DNA of 56,582 nt, filler included, from Porpidia crustulata (lineage: Eukaryota): the NCBI GenBank assembly GCA_964255105.1. It is 5 parts of 5 records of this genome, joined end to end, with 100 filler letters (N's around TTAATTAATTAA, not from the genome) between each part and the next. Parts side by side here need not be neighbours in the genome. Positions count along the whole stretch, not along the records: positions 34,022 to 45,253 come from CAXUWE010000683.1; positions 45,354 to 56,582 come from CAXUWE010000684.1; 3 more parts are not named here. One strand, 5' to 3'. Below, piece by piece: positions 37,651 through 50,511 of this stretch. Numbering within the stretch: position 1 is the first letter of the stretch; every line of letters begins with the position of its first letter. Below the pieces are notes generated by a model. The model was not told where the DNA came from and did not search any database. It saw only the letters and a list, made by a program, of their open reading frames with translations. The position numbers and the translations under genes were made by a program.

Positions 37651-38068
37651 ATGCCCGCTCTCCTTTTCCGCCGCACTCACCTTAATCTCCGCGCCCACAC
37701 CAACATCCCCCTCCTTCAATCTACAATCCGTCGCAACGGCGGCTGGTCCGGCCGTCAAACCTCCGAGCACGTCACCAATAGAGAAGATGAATTAGATATC
37801 CAATCGTCTGCCTCAAAGGATGGCAAGCGCCAGCGTGCCGAAGGCGACGGACGGGACTCGAGCGCGACGTCCGAGAAGGATGAAGGGAATCAGAATGAGA
37901 AGGCGAAGAGAGATCATCCAGAGGCTCCGGGGCCGGTGATTGGAATGAATGATGAGAGGGGCGGTGTGAGTCGCACTCTCCTTAAATTTCGGGAAACAGA
38001 GAGGGGGCTTCGGGTTTGATGATGACGATGAGGGCTGACTCGATATGTAGAAGGGGTATACGAGCTGA
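37651..38068 (+). CDS. Small conserved hydrophilic fungal protein (~110 aa) with mitochondrial presequence-like N-terminus; exons 37651-37965 and 38051-38068
   Basis: Arg-rich, acid-free N-terminus; C-terminal HPEAPGPVIGMNDERGG|KGYTS*; GTGAGT..CTGAC..TAG intron. Confidence 0.75.
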
Positions 38069-40427
38069 ATGGTCTGGTAAATGGCGGGGAGACTGGGACG
38101 CTCGGAGCTGACAGCAATCTGGAAGTTTTATCTCATATTACGGCGTCAGATCCTATGAAGAAAAATGTGTAATGTGTATATGTACAAAAGCGAAAGTTCA
38201 AGAGTATTAAGTGACGGACAACGCATGCACCAGTAAGCCTCTTGTCTCGGCCGACATTGACAAAAGCTGTAACTCTAAGCCCCTCACAACGGTCATCAAC
38301 AATAATGTGCCTAAACAGGGTGTATTGAACGCATTGAACAACCAGAAGATTCTCCCATGAGTCCCTGCCAAACCCCAGATTGGGCGTACATTGTCTTCGG
38401 ACATTCTTATTGCTCTATCTTGATATGTTACTCATGCCCAGCACCCATTTGCTACGTACTGGTGTATCCCGCGCAGAAGCTATCACAGGCATTTGTCGCT
38501 TGGGACTTAAGTTGAAAGAAACTCTCATATCCTGCGATCTGTATTGACTCTCCTGAATTACTCTCTGATATCTGACTACCTCTTGTTTTTGTCACATTCA
38601 TTACCGTTGACGTTCGTTTTCACGGGCGACTGAAAATTGTATATGGCGACTTGGTAATGCGGGTTATTTGGGGACAAGAATGAGAATGAGCAGGATATCC
38701 CCGTTCCGAGTCTCGTTTGAGAACCATAGTGTTTCTTTCTCTCTAGCTTGTTGAAATTAGCTTGCAGAGGTAAGTATCGAAGGCTTGATATTGGCGAAAT
38801 TATGATTCGCGCTCAATAATTTGTTATGAGAAAGCATCAATCGACAGTCTCACATTTTTTAGGGAACTGAAAGGCCAAATTTTTTGGTGATAGAGTGAAT
38901 ATTGACCTAAGCGAGTCTGATGTCAATTTTACTGAGGTCTCTATAATTGGCTTATTGTTCTCTGGGGACAACTTCGAGAACCATTCCTCTCAATTTTATG
39001 GACTTGTCCATTATGGATTCCTAATATTGCAGCTGATTTTCTTTACTGGAATGCCCTCATCCGAAAGACTGGCTTGGTCCGTTAGACCTTAAGTATCTTC
39101 TAGCTGGCCAGCAAAGAGAGGCGATTTATGATATACTGCAGTTGATTGAATCTGACCCAGCAGCGATGCCGCCAAATTATTCCTGAAGAGAAATAGCACC
39201 AGCCTTTCAGGACATTGAAGATATTTCGTTATTGAAGGTCTTTGGTCGAATACTGTCACTATAAACTAGGACGAATAGATCATTCAAGTACGCTGAGCAG
39301 TTAAAGGTTGCATCAATTTCATTCGGACTAATTACCGTAGAAAGCGCATCTTCAAGGCCGTCGTTGACCCATGACGATGGCATGATAGGAATGCCGACAA
39401 GAACATACATGGGAATATCAAGACTTGCGAAGCCTCTGAAAATTGCGGCAAATCATTACTGAAGACCCCTGATATCTTATATGGTTTGTTCACCTTCTTG
39501 AAAGCTTTGTCAAAAGGGCGGTTTCCGAGAGACAATCTAATTAATTCTTGTCGGTGCAATTTGCGGCAAGTATGTTCTGTGGTACCCAATTGGTGGAGGC
39601 CTGTTCTTGACGAGGATCCAGCTTTGTGCTTATGTTTGCCTGATTAGCCAATGATTCCGTTTAAGATGCCGAAAGAGAAAGCCATGCAACTGTAGGCTGT
39701 CTTACTCAACATCCAAGACCAGTACTACCAATTAGATGGACGTCTGAAATGATACTTGCTTTGGATGCAGTATGCTATGCTATCATATAGCCTAGAAGGC
39801 TCGTACGAGCGATCTAATTTAAGGTCGATATAGACTTCATACCAAAGGCATGGTCCCAATTTACATATCAAAGTATGATTCCTAGATCTCGAATTTGTAA
39901 TGTATTATAGACAAACTCACAAAGGGGTCAAGCAATCTTTCGGGATGCTGAAGCCACTTAGTAAATCTGCGTGCATTAAGTACAGGCAACTTGTCCTGAT
40001 GGCCAATCAACTTGAGAACCCGAGAATTGTATACTGTTTCGAGAACATTTATGCTTCGAACTTGGACTGGACAACTGTGTGGTCGAAATGATGTCTGTAA
40101 CGATATTGCTCTGATCATAATGAAAGTAACGTTGAAAACTTTGACCAATATGTAAACTGGGTCACGTATTTGCTCCGTTTGAGATATCAAGGCACGCTTA
40201 AAAAATGACCAAGATCGGCGAGAGCGCACCTGCTCGCGTGGAGATTGGGAGCAACATTTGAAGGCTTTGAAAGTTTACAAAGAGGTAGAAAAAGTAAAAT
40301 ATTTGGAGATGCGCACGAGTGGTTGTAAGCTACAATTGGCATTTTGGCGAACCGGTCAATTTGTAATGAAACAGGGGCTGCACATAATTATACTTCCCCG
40401 AATGCCAATTTGCTTGTCGAGAAGCCC

Positions 40428-41298
40428 TCACAGCCAGCCGTGCTCTTTGTTGAACTTATCGGCGACCATTTTTGTAGTCTTGACGATTTCCAAGCAGCCC
40501 GGAGAATCGGAATGGCAGCAGATCGAAATGGGGTAATCCTTCACGGGAAGGTGCACATCGCTTCCATCAATTGCTTTGACGGACTCGGTGGTGACCTGTT
40601 GGGTCACACGTTGCTCGATGTCTTGTGACTTCCACGGCCTATATTTCGATCAGCCTCCACAATTACTGCAAACATTGCAGGCACACTTTTTTATCCTGTC
40701 TATCACCAGCGTCCCATCGGCGTTGTATTTGACGTCTGCGTACATTTCAGCCCAGAACTCCATCCCCAGATCGTTGGCGGCCTTCTCCATATTCGTTCCC
40801 GCAAGCCCAAACACAGGTATCCCTTTTGGTACGCCCCGCCACACTGCTGCTGCCACCTCATAGTCTCGACACATCATACCGTATAGGACGCCGTGAGGCT
40901 TCACATGGCTCAGAGGAACACCTTCAAGTTCGAGGAAGCCCTTCAGAGCACCGACTTGATATACAGTAATGGCTGTAAGTTCTTCAGGTTGCAGTTTCAT
41001 TTCGCGACGACCAAAGCCTTGCAGATCTGGCAGTCCCGGATGAGCGCCTATCTTAACATTGTGTGCCTTGCAAAGGCAGACTGTATTCATCATGATGAGC
41101 GGATCACCCGAATGGAAGCCACATGCCACGTTCGCTTGGGAAATGAAGGGGATGAGTTCCTCGTCAGGCCCCTGGCAGCACAATAATCATGAGCAAAGTT
41201 GGAGGGTTGTTGGCTATGCATGTACCAACACATTTCAGATTCCCGTAACCTTCACCTAGGTCGACATTGATGAGTGCTTTATGCTTGATAGAGCCCAT
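40428..41298 (-). CDS. lamB: LamB/YcsF family protein (lactam utilisation; 5-oxoprolinase PxpA homologue), three exons
   Basis: Spliced: MGSIKHKALINVDLGEGYGNLKC|GPDEELIPFISQANVACGFHSGDP...GAHPGLPDLQGFGRR...HVKPHGVLY...EMYAD..Y...ISICCHSDSPG...HGWL*. Confidence 0.93.
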
Positions 41299-41618
41299 GC
41301 TGTCTGCCTGCAGAATTTGGAGCTACTCTAGAGACGAAGATGGTCGACAGTACGAGTACATGCAAAGGGAAAGCAGTTGGGCTCTAGAATTTCAGTCCGC
41401 AGACTGTAATGACCAAGAGCTCATTGCCGTGCATACCCATCATTCCTTTTAGCTCTTATCAACCCCACCCCCGCACTGAGGAACTACCATGGAAACCCGG
41501 CTCATCTCATTGGTTTGTTGGCTCTGGGTATTCATCACGTAGAGATTACTTTCGTCCATAGATTCATTGTGCTGAAAAGCTCAATCACCCGTTGTCTTGC
41601 TGTCAGTAGACGTTGAGC

Positions 41619-44600
41619 ATGAAAATGGAGAAACTCAAGGTTCTCTTGGTGGCAAATCGAGCCGAAATTGCTACTAGGATCCTTAAAACTGCAAAGTAAG
41701 CGGCACGTGACCCTTTGTTTACATCCCCGTTTTTAATTTCTGGCAATGAAGAACACTCGGTGTAAGGACCATTGCTATATACACTGAGGCCGACGCGGCG
41801 TCCTCTCATGTCATCGAAGCAGACAAGGCGGTCCTGCTACCAGGCGGTGATTCCAAGGGTTACTTGGATGGGTATGCAATGTTTCTGTTCCGTCAATGTC
41901 ACTGAACCCTGTGAGCGTTGAACTTATGTACTCGAAGGAATTACGGAACTTAACGTGCGGTGTCATTTTTGAAAAAGTAACATTCATTACTGTACGAGAA
42001 GCCTGCTCTTCGTTGAATTTACCTGTGCATTTTATTAATCTAGCCGTTAAGCCTATCTTGAGTTTTCGTTGAATGCGAAGTCTGATCACTTTACGTCCAT
42101 CGTAGAGATGGAATCATCAAGATAGCAAAAGATGAGGGTGCAGATGCTATAATTCCCGGCTACGGCTTCCTTTCCGAAAATGCAGACTTTGCCAGATCTA
42201 TTGCCGCTGCTGGCATGGGGTGGGTTGGGCCAGGCCCTGAAAACATTGAGTCTTTTGGATTGGTAAAAATCCCTCTCGAGTCAATATCCCCTAATTTAGA
42301 AGCTCTCGTGAGATTTCAGATCTATCTTGAGGGTGCAAACTCTGCAATCATGATCCGCAGCTCTTCGATTTACTCTAGAAAGGTGACACTAACCCAATTT
42401 CTGATAGAAACATACAGCGAGAGATCTAGCAACAAAGGCAGGAGTTCCAGTGGTACCGGGCTCCAAGGGGCTTGTCGAGAGTGAAGAAGACGTTGTCAAG
42501 GAAAGTGAGAGGCTCGGATTCCCAGTCATGCTCAAAGCAACAGCTGGCGGAGGTGGCATGGGCCTCTCAACTTGCAAAGATGCGGCAGAAGTCAGAGAGG
42601 CTTTCGCAATGGTCAAATCTCGAGGTGAGAATCTCTTCAAGAACGCTGGCCTCTTTGTGGAGCGATTCTATCCAGATAGCCATCACATTGAGGTACAAGT
42701 ATTCGGCAATGGCAAAGGTGATGCTATTCACTTTGGCGAAAGAGAATGTTCGATTCAAAGACGACATCAGAAAGTCATCGAAGAATGCCCCAGCCCTTTC
42801 GTCATTACACGCCCTGGTGAGTACTTTCGAATAGGAAGTGCAAGTACAGCGCTGACCTTTCCAGATATCAGAGGGAAGCTATGCTCAGCAGCTGTTCGCT
42901 TAGCAGAGTCAATTGGATATAGCTCAGCAGGTACTATTGAATATTTGGTAGACGATAAGACTGCAGACTTTTTCTTCCTAGAAATGAACACGCGATTACA
43001 GGTTGAGCATGGTATCACGGAGCTTTGCTACGATGTGGACCTGGTAGAACTGATGCTTAGACAAGCCGATGCAGAGTTGGCAGGGAAAGGTGGCCTTGCT
43101 TCCGAGGAACTCAAATCACTTCAACCAGCAGGGCCAAAGGGTGCCGCCATCGAAGCTCGCGTCTATGCTGAGAACCCTGCAAGAGATTATGCTCCGTCCC
43201 CGGGGACTCTTCAGATCGTCGACTGGGATTCGAAGCCTGGGAGTAGAATTGATACTTGGGTTCGGACCGGAACTCTTGTGTCATCGAACTACGATCCCTT
43301 ACTTGCCAAATTGATGTTCCATAGCCCAACGAGAGAAATGACGATCAAAGGCATGGCCGAGATGCTATCCCAGTCCCGGATCTGTGGACCGCCAACCAAT
43401 CTTAACTTCCTTGGTGCGATCTTGGAAGATCCACGATTCGTCGCTGGAATAACTATGACAAAGTTTCTCACCAGCTTCACTTACGCGCCGGCTGCCATTG
43501 ATGTCATCGCTGGGGGTGCTTATACACAAGTTCAAGATTACCCTGGTAGACCAACTATGGGTAGGGGATTTCCTCATGCTGGTCCGATGGACCCTCTAGC
43601 ATTTCAGATCGCCAATGCACTTGTTGGCAACAATTTGGGTAAGGAAGGGCTTGAAATTACTTTAGACGGTCCAACCCTTTCTTTCCTGGGCGCTGCAGTC
43701 GTTGCGATCTGCGGTGCACCTATGGACGTCAAACTGGACGGTAAACCCGTGCCTATGTGGTCTAGACTTCAAGTAAAAGCTGGACAGAAATTGATCATTG
43801 GTACGACAACAGGTGGTGGCTGCAGATCTTACCTCGCTGTCTATGGTGGGTTTCCCAGCGTAGCGGAATGGTTTGGGTCAAAGGCAACTTCTCCTGGTGT
43901 AACTGTAGGTGGTTACCAGGGTAGACAACTTGCCGCAAGTGATCTTCTAGCAATCTCCAAAGATATACCAGAACATCTTTCAGAGCGACTTAGCATACCG
44001 GAACGATTGATTCCTCAATATACTAGCCACTGGGATATATTAGCCATGGTTGGTCCGTACGACGTTGGATACCTGCTCGACGAAGATATCAAGATGATAT
44101 TTGACACTCAATGGCAAATTTCTCACAACGCTGCGAGAGGTGGTATCCGTCTTATTGGACCGAAGCCCAAATGGGCTCGAGCTGACGGCGGGGAGGGAGG
44201 TGCGCATCCCTCCAATGTTGTGGAGTATGGCTATCCAGTCGGTGCTTTAAATTGGACTGGTGATGATCCTTGCATCTTCCCGGTCGACTGTCCGGATTTT
44301 GGAGGCTTCGTTTCCAGTACAACAATCATCAAAGCCGATTTCTGGAGGCTAGGGCAAATGAAGGCAGGAGACACAATGCAATACAAACGGGTCTCGTTGA
44401 CCGATGCACTTTCCATGCGGAAGCGGGTCAACGACTACATTGAACAGGTTGCTGGTGTATGTTCTGGTAGCGGCTCGTTTGACCAGGTTGTGCCTCTGGA
44501 TTACTCCGAGTTGCTTACCTTGGCCTCGTCAGGAGATCATGGAAGAGCGATTGTCCATCAGATCTATGCCAAAGGCAATCAACCTTTGACCTACTATCGG

Positions 44601-45253
44601 CAAGGAGCAGACGATTACCTTCTCGTCGAATATGGAGATGGCACCTTTGATCTAAACCATCGATGCCGAGTCACCGCACTGATCAAGGCACTCATGCATC
44701 CAGAGAGCGATATCAATTTCTCCAAGGGTATCATCAACACTGTGGGATGTTGTACATGTAAGTCTTGCTCATAATCTTGCTCAGACCTATTTAACCATTG
44801 CACGTATAAGCTCTCCTGATTTACTATAATGGACTTAAAATTCCCCAGCAGAAACTAATCTCACATCTCGTCAACCTGGAAACCCAACTTGGCGATCTCA
44901 GCCGCGCCAAAGTACCTAGTCGCATCTTCAAGCTACCCATCATCTTCGATAGTCCTCGCCAAACAGCCGCGATCCAACGTTACATGGAGACCCAGCGCCC
45001 CTACGCCTCTTATCTGCCAGATAACATGGAATTCGTAGCCAAGAACAATGGTCTTGAGCGCAAAGATCTTGAGAAAATCCTCACCACTGCCAAGCTCATG
45101 GCGGTTTCGGTAGGATTCTTTGCCGCATTGCCATTGTGCCTGCCTGTCGATCCGCGTCAAAGATTGAATTGTCCCAAGGTACATTCCTTCTTCCTTCCTT
45201 TGGCCCACATATCCTACTTACCCACCCGATCCCAGATGAACCCCTCCCGCGTA
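41619..45253 (+). CDS. lamA: Urea carboxylase-like biotin-dependent enzyme (biotin carboxylase + carboxyltransferase domains), multi-exon, 3' end lost at the contig end
   Basis: [107 protein letters not shown]; no N-terminal amidase domain; divergent from lamB. The biotin-carrier domain lies beyond the gap. Confidence 0.9.
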
Positions 45254-45353
45254 NNNNNNNNNNNNNNNNNNNNNNNNNNNNNNNNNNNNNNNNNNNNTTA
45301 ATTAATTAANNNNNNNNNNNNNNNNNNNNNNNNNNNNNNNNNNNNNNNNNNNN
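45254..45353. other. Artificial contig spacer
   Basis: 44 N + TTAATTAATTAA + 44 N. Confidence 0.98.
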
Positions 45354-45893
45354 GGAGTAGAGGGATTGTGCATTGGGAGTTGGGGTCGTAATGATCAGGG
45401 ACTGCTTTGCATTCCTAAGGAGGTCATAGAAAGGATTGAAGACAGATGTGGTAACCATGTCACTGTTTCTGGGAATTATCAATGCTGATGATCAATCAGG
45501 ATCCGCATATCTACCACGATGACTTTAGCTGGCCGTAATGGCAATGGGATCTGAACCAAAACAAGAGCACATCATAGTGGTTGCCGGATTGTGTTGGTAG
45601 ACAACGTGAGTATTTATGCATCCAACCAGACCTTTAGATCGATTCTTGACATGATTTCGCATTTACAAAGCTCTTCCAAGCTGCACTGATCTATCCGTTA
45701 GAAACCAAATCTTTCTATAAGGCTCTTCAATAACGTCGATTGACAATAGAAAGTGATCCTCAAAACGACTTTTGGTGCTACACACTCCCGGCCACTTTGA
45801 GACGTCTATATACACTCCTATCGTATCCCCATTGCATATGTGCGATTTATCAGGTTATGAATTTTCTCCTTTGATCCTATATTCATCGATTAA

Positions 45894-47136
45894 TCAAGCC
45901 CACTTTCCCAGCAAAGCCATCAAGCCTGTAACTAGTCAGCATCTCCAAAGCCGTACAGAGCTTTGAGACTTACCAGCTCCAAGGCACATCAGCCCAAACG
46001 CACTGAGCACAACTTTTGTGCTTGCTTTTCGCATTACGTTGCTAAACATGAACTCGTGGGCCATCAATTCCACCAATCCTGTGTATATCAAGATGCCGGC
46101 GCTAATAGAGTCAAATACGCCATTCACGGTTAATGCTGTTTGCGAGCCTGGTGTATACGTCTTTCGGATTCCAAGTCCAACTGCGAGAGCGATAGGGGTT
46201 GAGAGCCCATAAACCAGGGCAAATATGTATGGCGTCAACTGTTTGGATTTTGGCCAAGGAGTGACCGCTAATCTTGAGCCTAGACCGAGGCCCTCGAAAG
46301 TTTGATGAAACACAAGCACGACGTAGAGTGTGTTGAATTCTGCTCCTGCCACGGCAAGGGTCAATCCTACGAAAATCGAGTGAAAGACCACTCCAAATTC
46401 GAGGATGAATATGGCAGTCATCTGTGCCGCATAATCTTCTGCCGGCTTCCCTTTGTTCTCTTCAAGATCGGTATCGACATGATCTCTGGAGTGACTTAAG
46501 TGGTCATCTCCTGGCGCATGCCCGTGACTTGAAGTAGATCGTGTGCGGCCTCCAATCCGATTAAGCTCCCCATGGCTTTCATCATCGTGGGTATGGCCAA
46601 AAGTAGAAAACCGCATAGCCATGATTTCGGTGAAGAAGAGCACAAACACTGTCATCAGGGCTATGCCCTCAACCCAATCGTATTCGGTGATAGGGCCGGT
46701 CAGGCATGGGTTTGTGAGGGCACGATTGGCAGGCGCAAGCAACTAAGAAATGGTCAGCTACAGTATCAGACGACCTTACACGCTGTCCCGGACGTACATG
46801 TATAAAAGCAGTAGCTATGATCACTCCAGACCCAAAGTACTTTGCTATGAAAAAAACCCACTCTGGCACACCAACGCCCTTGTGTCGGTTCGCAAACACT
46901 GGAAAGGCCGCGCCTATCACGCACGTCAGAACAGCTTTCTTTCCATATAGGTATTGTCGCTTACCAAATAAAGAGCCGACCAAAATTACGAAAATGGCAG
47001 AGACTCGCAGCCCAATCCGGCCATCGTAAGTATTCCCAGCGTCACACGCTATGGCGGTTGATTTAGGTACAGTGGCCGCAGTTGTAGATGTAGACTGTCG
47101 TATAACGAGTTGTGAAATATCCTTGAGGTCCATCAT
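45894..47136 (-). CDS. ZIP-family plasma-membrane zinc transporter (Zrt1/Zrt2/ZrfB-like), four exons
   Basis: C..GN.YDGRIGLRVSAIFVIL, AKYFGSGVIIATAFIHLLAPA, His-rich loop, ILEFGVVFHSIFVGLTL, FHQTFEGLGLGSRL, GILIYTGLVELMAHEF, GLMALLGKWA*. Confidence 0.95.
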
Positions 47137-48378
47137 CTTTCTACCGCGATTAGAGGAAAATCCGAAGGACCAGGATAGAGCGGTGCGCAAAGACGAGGTA
47201 TAATACTTTTATGATCCAATGGATCCAACGAATCCAAGATCCGAGTCGACGAGAGCAAATCACCTCCGGTCGAACAAAGGAAACCCAATCGCTATTGCTT
47301 TGTTCACACTGCCCCTCGCCGCTCACCACGGTGCTTGAGGTTGGATATCCGTCTCGATGGTCATGGACGGAACAGACAGCAATGATACTCTAGTTTGAGT
47401 GGTTTTACTTAAGAGAAAGTAATATAGAGAAGAGACTGGACAAGAACGACGATGTACCCCGCCAATGTGGGCAAGATAAGTGTTCTTTTGGGTAAACGGT
47501 AAGTACCTATTGAGTACCATCAAAAAGAGCGCTTTTCGCTAAGAAATGGAGGAGTCGCGGAGTAAAACCGGAATGGACGGGAAGTTTCCGTTCGCCAAAC
47601 AAGGCTAGACCAGACTATCTATTAGGGTAGGGTACGAGGGGTCGAGGTCGGAAATTCTCGGCTATTTGTTACCTCGCCAATCGCCATAGAGTCCTCTATC
47701 TTTCTGTCTCAACACTATCTACTTTACTCCTCGTCTTAACAATAACCCTGAGAAGATGCCAGTCTCATTTTTGTTTCTCTCGGACTTCGAGCTCATATGT
47801 GTACCCTGCTTGACTGGATCGTATGCGGCGGAATGCGGCAGCACTCGCGCCTTAGACTCCTCGCCATTTTACTATCCCAACGCTCAGGCTCGATGACACT
47901 TTTATCTGATTCAAATTCAGCCAATATCTTTTCGAAGCGTAAGATAAGTTGAAATGGGCTGGTAACGCTTCTGCTTGATCTTGCAGGAGCTTCAATTTTC
48001 CTCTACATTCATCTCGCCCTTCATCTGACGTTCTTCGGACTCGCAATACTAAGATGATGGGTTAGATTCCAAATTGTGTCATTCAGCTACTTTGGCCTCA
48101 GTGTCTTTCTCCATACCTACGTTCCTATTTCATAACCTTGCACTTATTCTTAGAGCTACTCGTACTTCCAGCGTTCGAGGTTGACATGTGTCCCCGTGTT
48201 TGCTGCTTTCAATACCCAGTCCATGCATACCGCTGTTACTCGTAAACTTTGTCAAATTGAGGCACAATGAGTGATTTATGGTGTGCCTCGGGTTGTGTTG
48301 CGTACACTCATTACGAGACTGGAACCTTGAGTATATGGGTAGGTAAGAGAAGGCTCCTCCCAGTGTGAAGCCGCTTGG

Positions 48379-48583
48379 GATCTATCCCTTCAGCTGGCAG
48401 TCGGTGTGCCATCAGGATTATTGGGTACCATAGCTATACATGCTGACCCTGGCCCTAAGATTATACCTATAATCGTAAGCCTCCGTCCATAAGAGTAGCT
48501 GTTATAGGTGTAGCGACTACCCGTCTAGATGTGGTGCCCGATAATCCTGATGGCACACCGACTGCCAGCTGGAGAGATAAATC
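48379..48583. mobile_element. Fold-back / MITE-like element with ~60-bp inverted arms (31 bp perfect)
   Basis: CAGCTGGCAGTCGGTGTGCCATCAGGATTAT (48391-48421) is the exact reverse complement of 48541-48571; pairing extends imperfectly both ways; no coding capacity. The inverted repeat is certain, the mobile-element call is inferred. Confidence 0.6.
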
Positions 48584-50511
48584 AGGAATTTGTTATATGA
48601 GATAAATTTGCATCACTACTTATCATTCTAAGCAACAAATACGCATTTCAAAATACATAGGGAGATGAAAGATTAGCGGAATTCTCGGACAGCAGTCTAT
48701 TTCACGTTATTTTCTTCTGCTTTCGACGTATACTATTATCAGGATATTCTGTTACTACCGCAACATGACGATGATACGGGTCTTTCAAAGCCCATAACAA
48801 GCCCCATGATTGGAATATTGCTTGGATTTAGGCAGTCGTCAATACGTCACGTTACGATCCATGCAATGCGTCCAGGCTTTGACAAGGGATCCTTTATGAG
48901 GAGAGTTACAGTTGCAAGAGCGTGCACGGGTTTGAGCCACACTAGTCCAGTTCGAGTAGCACGACATACTCCTCCCACCGTGGTTTGAACGGTAGATACT
49001 ACATATACTCGTCGGTAAGTGACGGCCTGTGGCGGTGAGGGTCAAGTTCTCCATACCGCGAGCTTACTAATTGATGGACTACCCACATACCTTAGTACGA
49101 CAGCCTATTTTGATGCGCATCGGAAGGCATGCACACCCGTACGGAGTGGTATGCATGACTGGATCATAGGTATTGTAGTGAGATTCTGGCGAGCTAGCGT
49201 TGGGGTTCGATTGTGGCGTGCAGCTCCAAAGTTATGGCTTTTCCTGGTCTTAGGGAAGTATTCCGTACTGTTTGGGGGACTGACTGGCCAATCGCAACAG
49301 AAAAATAGAGGATGGGCAAGGACGGGGCGGATGGACACCAACGATGCAAGAAAAGGAAATGAAAGCTGAGCTGTGCATGGGAACATTGGTTGGTGCATGG
49401 TGGCGGTCTGCCTAAGCCCTAAGCCCTATTTCAATCCTTATAGGGCGACGGATATGTGCAGCTCCCACAGTCCCACTTACTCCCTACGCGCCTACTCCGA
49501 CGGTCAGGCTGTCAGACTATCCCACATATGCCGCATGGTACGGGTACTAATTTGTACTGTCCGTACCTGTACCAGTCGTCTTCGCAAAATGGCACCTTGG
49601 CTTGGGATACTCACCATCAGATAAGCACTAATCTCTGTCCGAGACCTTCAAGACTTCATTGTTCGGCAACCTTTACCGACATGGCCATCATACTCGAAAT
49701 TTCCATTGCGTTACTCAATGGGTTTACGGCGTGAATTGGAGATCGCCGTTGATGTTCCAGCTAATCGGCATAACCCTGCAGTTCCACGCGGACTCGGGTG
49801 TTGGCTGTTTCATCAACTACGAGCTGATCTTTCCATTGACGCAATACGGTCCAGGGTAAAGGGAGAAGTACCAGTTGTAGTAGGACAGCAGTACGTCCAG
49901 ACTGTCCAACTGCCAATCCTTCAATCGAGCTATGAAACACTTATGCAGCCGATGGTAGCCTGGGAGTCTTCATGCAGAAAATACATTACCTGCTACCCAC
50001 TCGAGCCACTGATATGCCACAGCCCTAGCAAGCTTGCATAATTATTGGGTTTTGGTCGTCGGAGCTGAAATTGGCTTCCTACGAGGTTATCACGCTCTGA
50101 CTGTTGCCAAGTATGTGGCCTCGGTACCAGAGAGCCTGGTGAGTGTAGAGTCAATTTGGAAATCTATTTGAGGGGTGCCTGTAGTAGTTTTTCAGGCGAA
50201 TGTATCCGCTGCAACGGAGTAAGGCAACCTACTGTTAATGTCTCGTGGGCCGGTCCCCTTGACCCTCGATACCCCTGGTAATCACTTTGCCTGCGAACGA
50301 TTGATACTGCACACCTCTGTTCCCAAAACTAATCACTCTACTTGTCGAAACATTTCCAAGTAAATGACTTGGAGATTTGGATATCGATTGTTCGTGTGCA
50401 ATGAATAGGCGATGAGCATTGGAGTACCAGCTAGCTGCTTCCAATTTCTCGAGAATCCCTGACAGGCTTGAATGTCCTCGGCAGCGATACGGTGTGCGCT
50501 CAACGATTCCT

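Noticed and set aside
11295..45309. Four regularly spaced TTAATTAATTAA palindromes as a biological repeat or array
   Set aside because: Each is embedded in exactly 44+44 Ns; this is a synthetic six-frame-stop linker.
41619..47136. lamA/lamB plus zinc transporter as one metal-dependent gene cluster
   Set aside because: They lie on different size-sorted contigs separated by the artificial spacer.
49411..49427. CCTAAGCCCTAAGCCCT as an interstitial telomere repeat
   Set aside because: Only about two units and not the canonical CCCTAA tandem.
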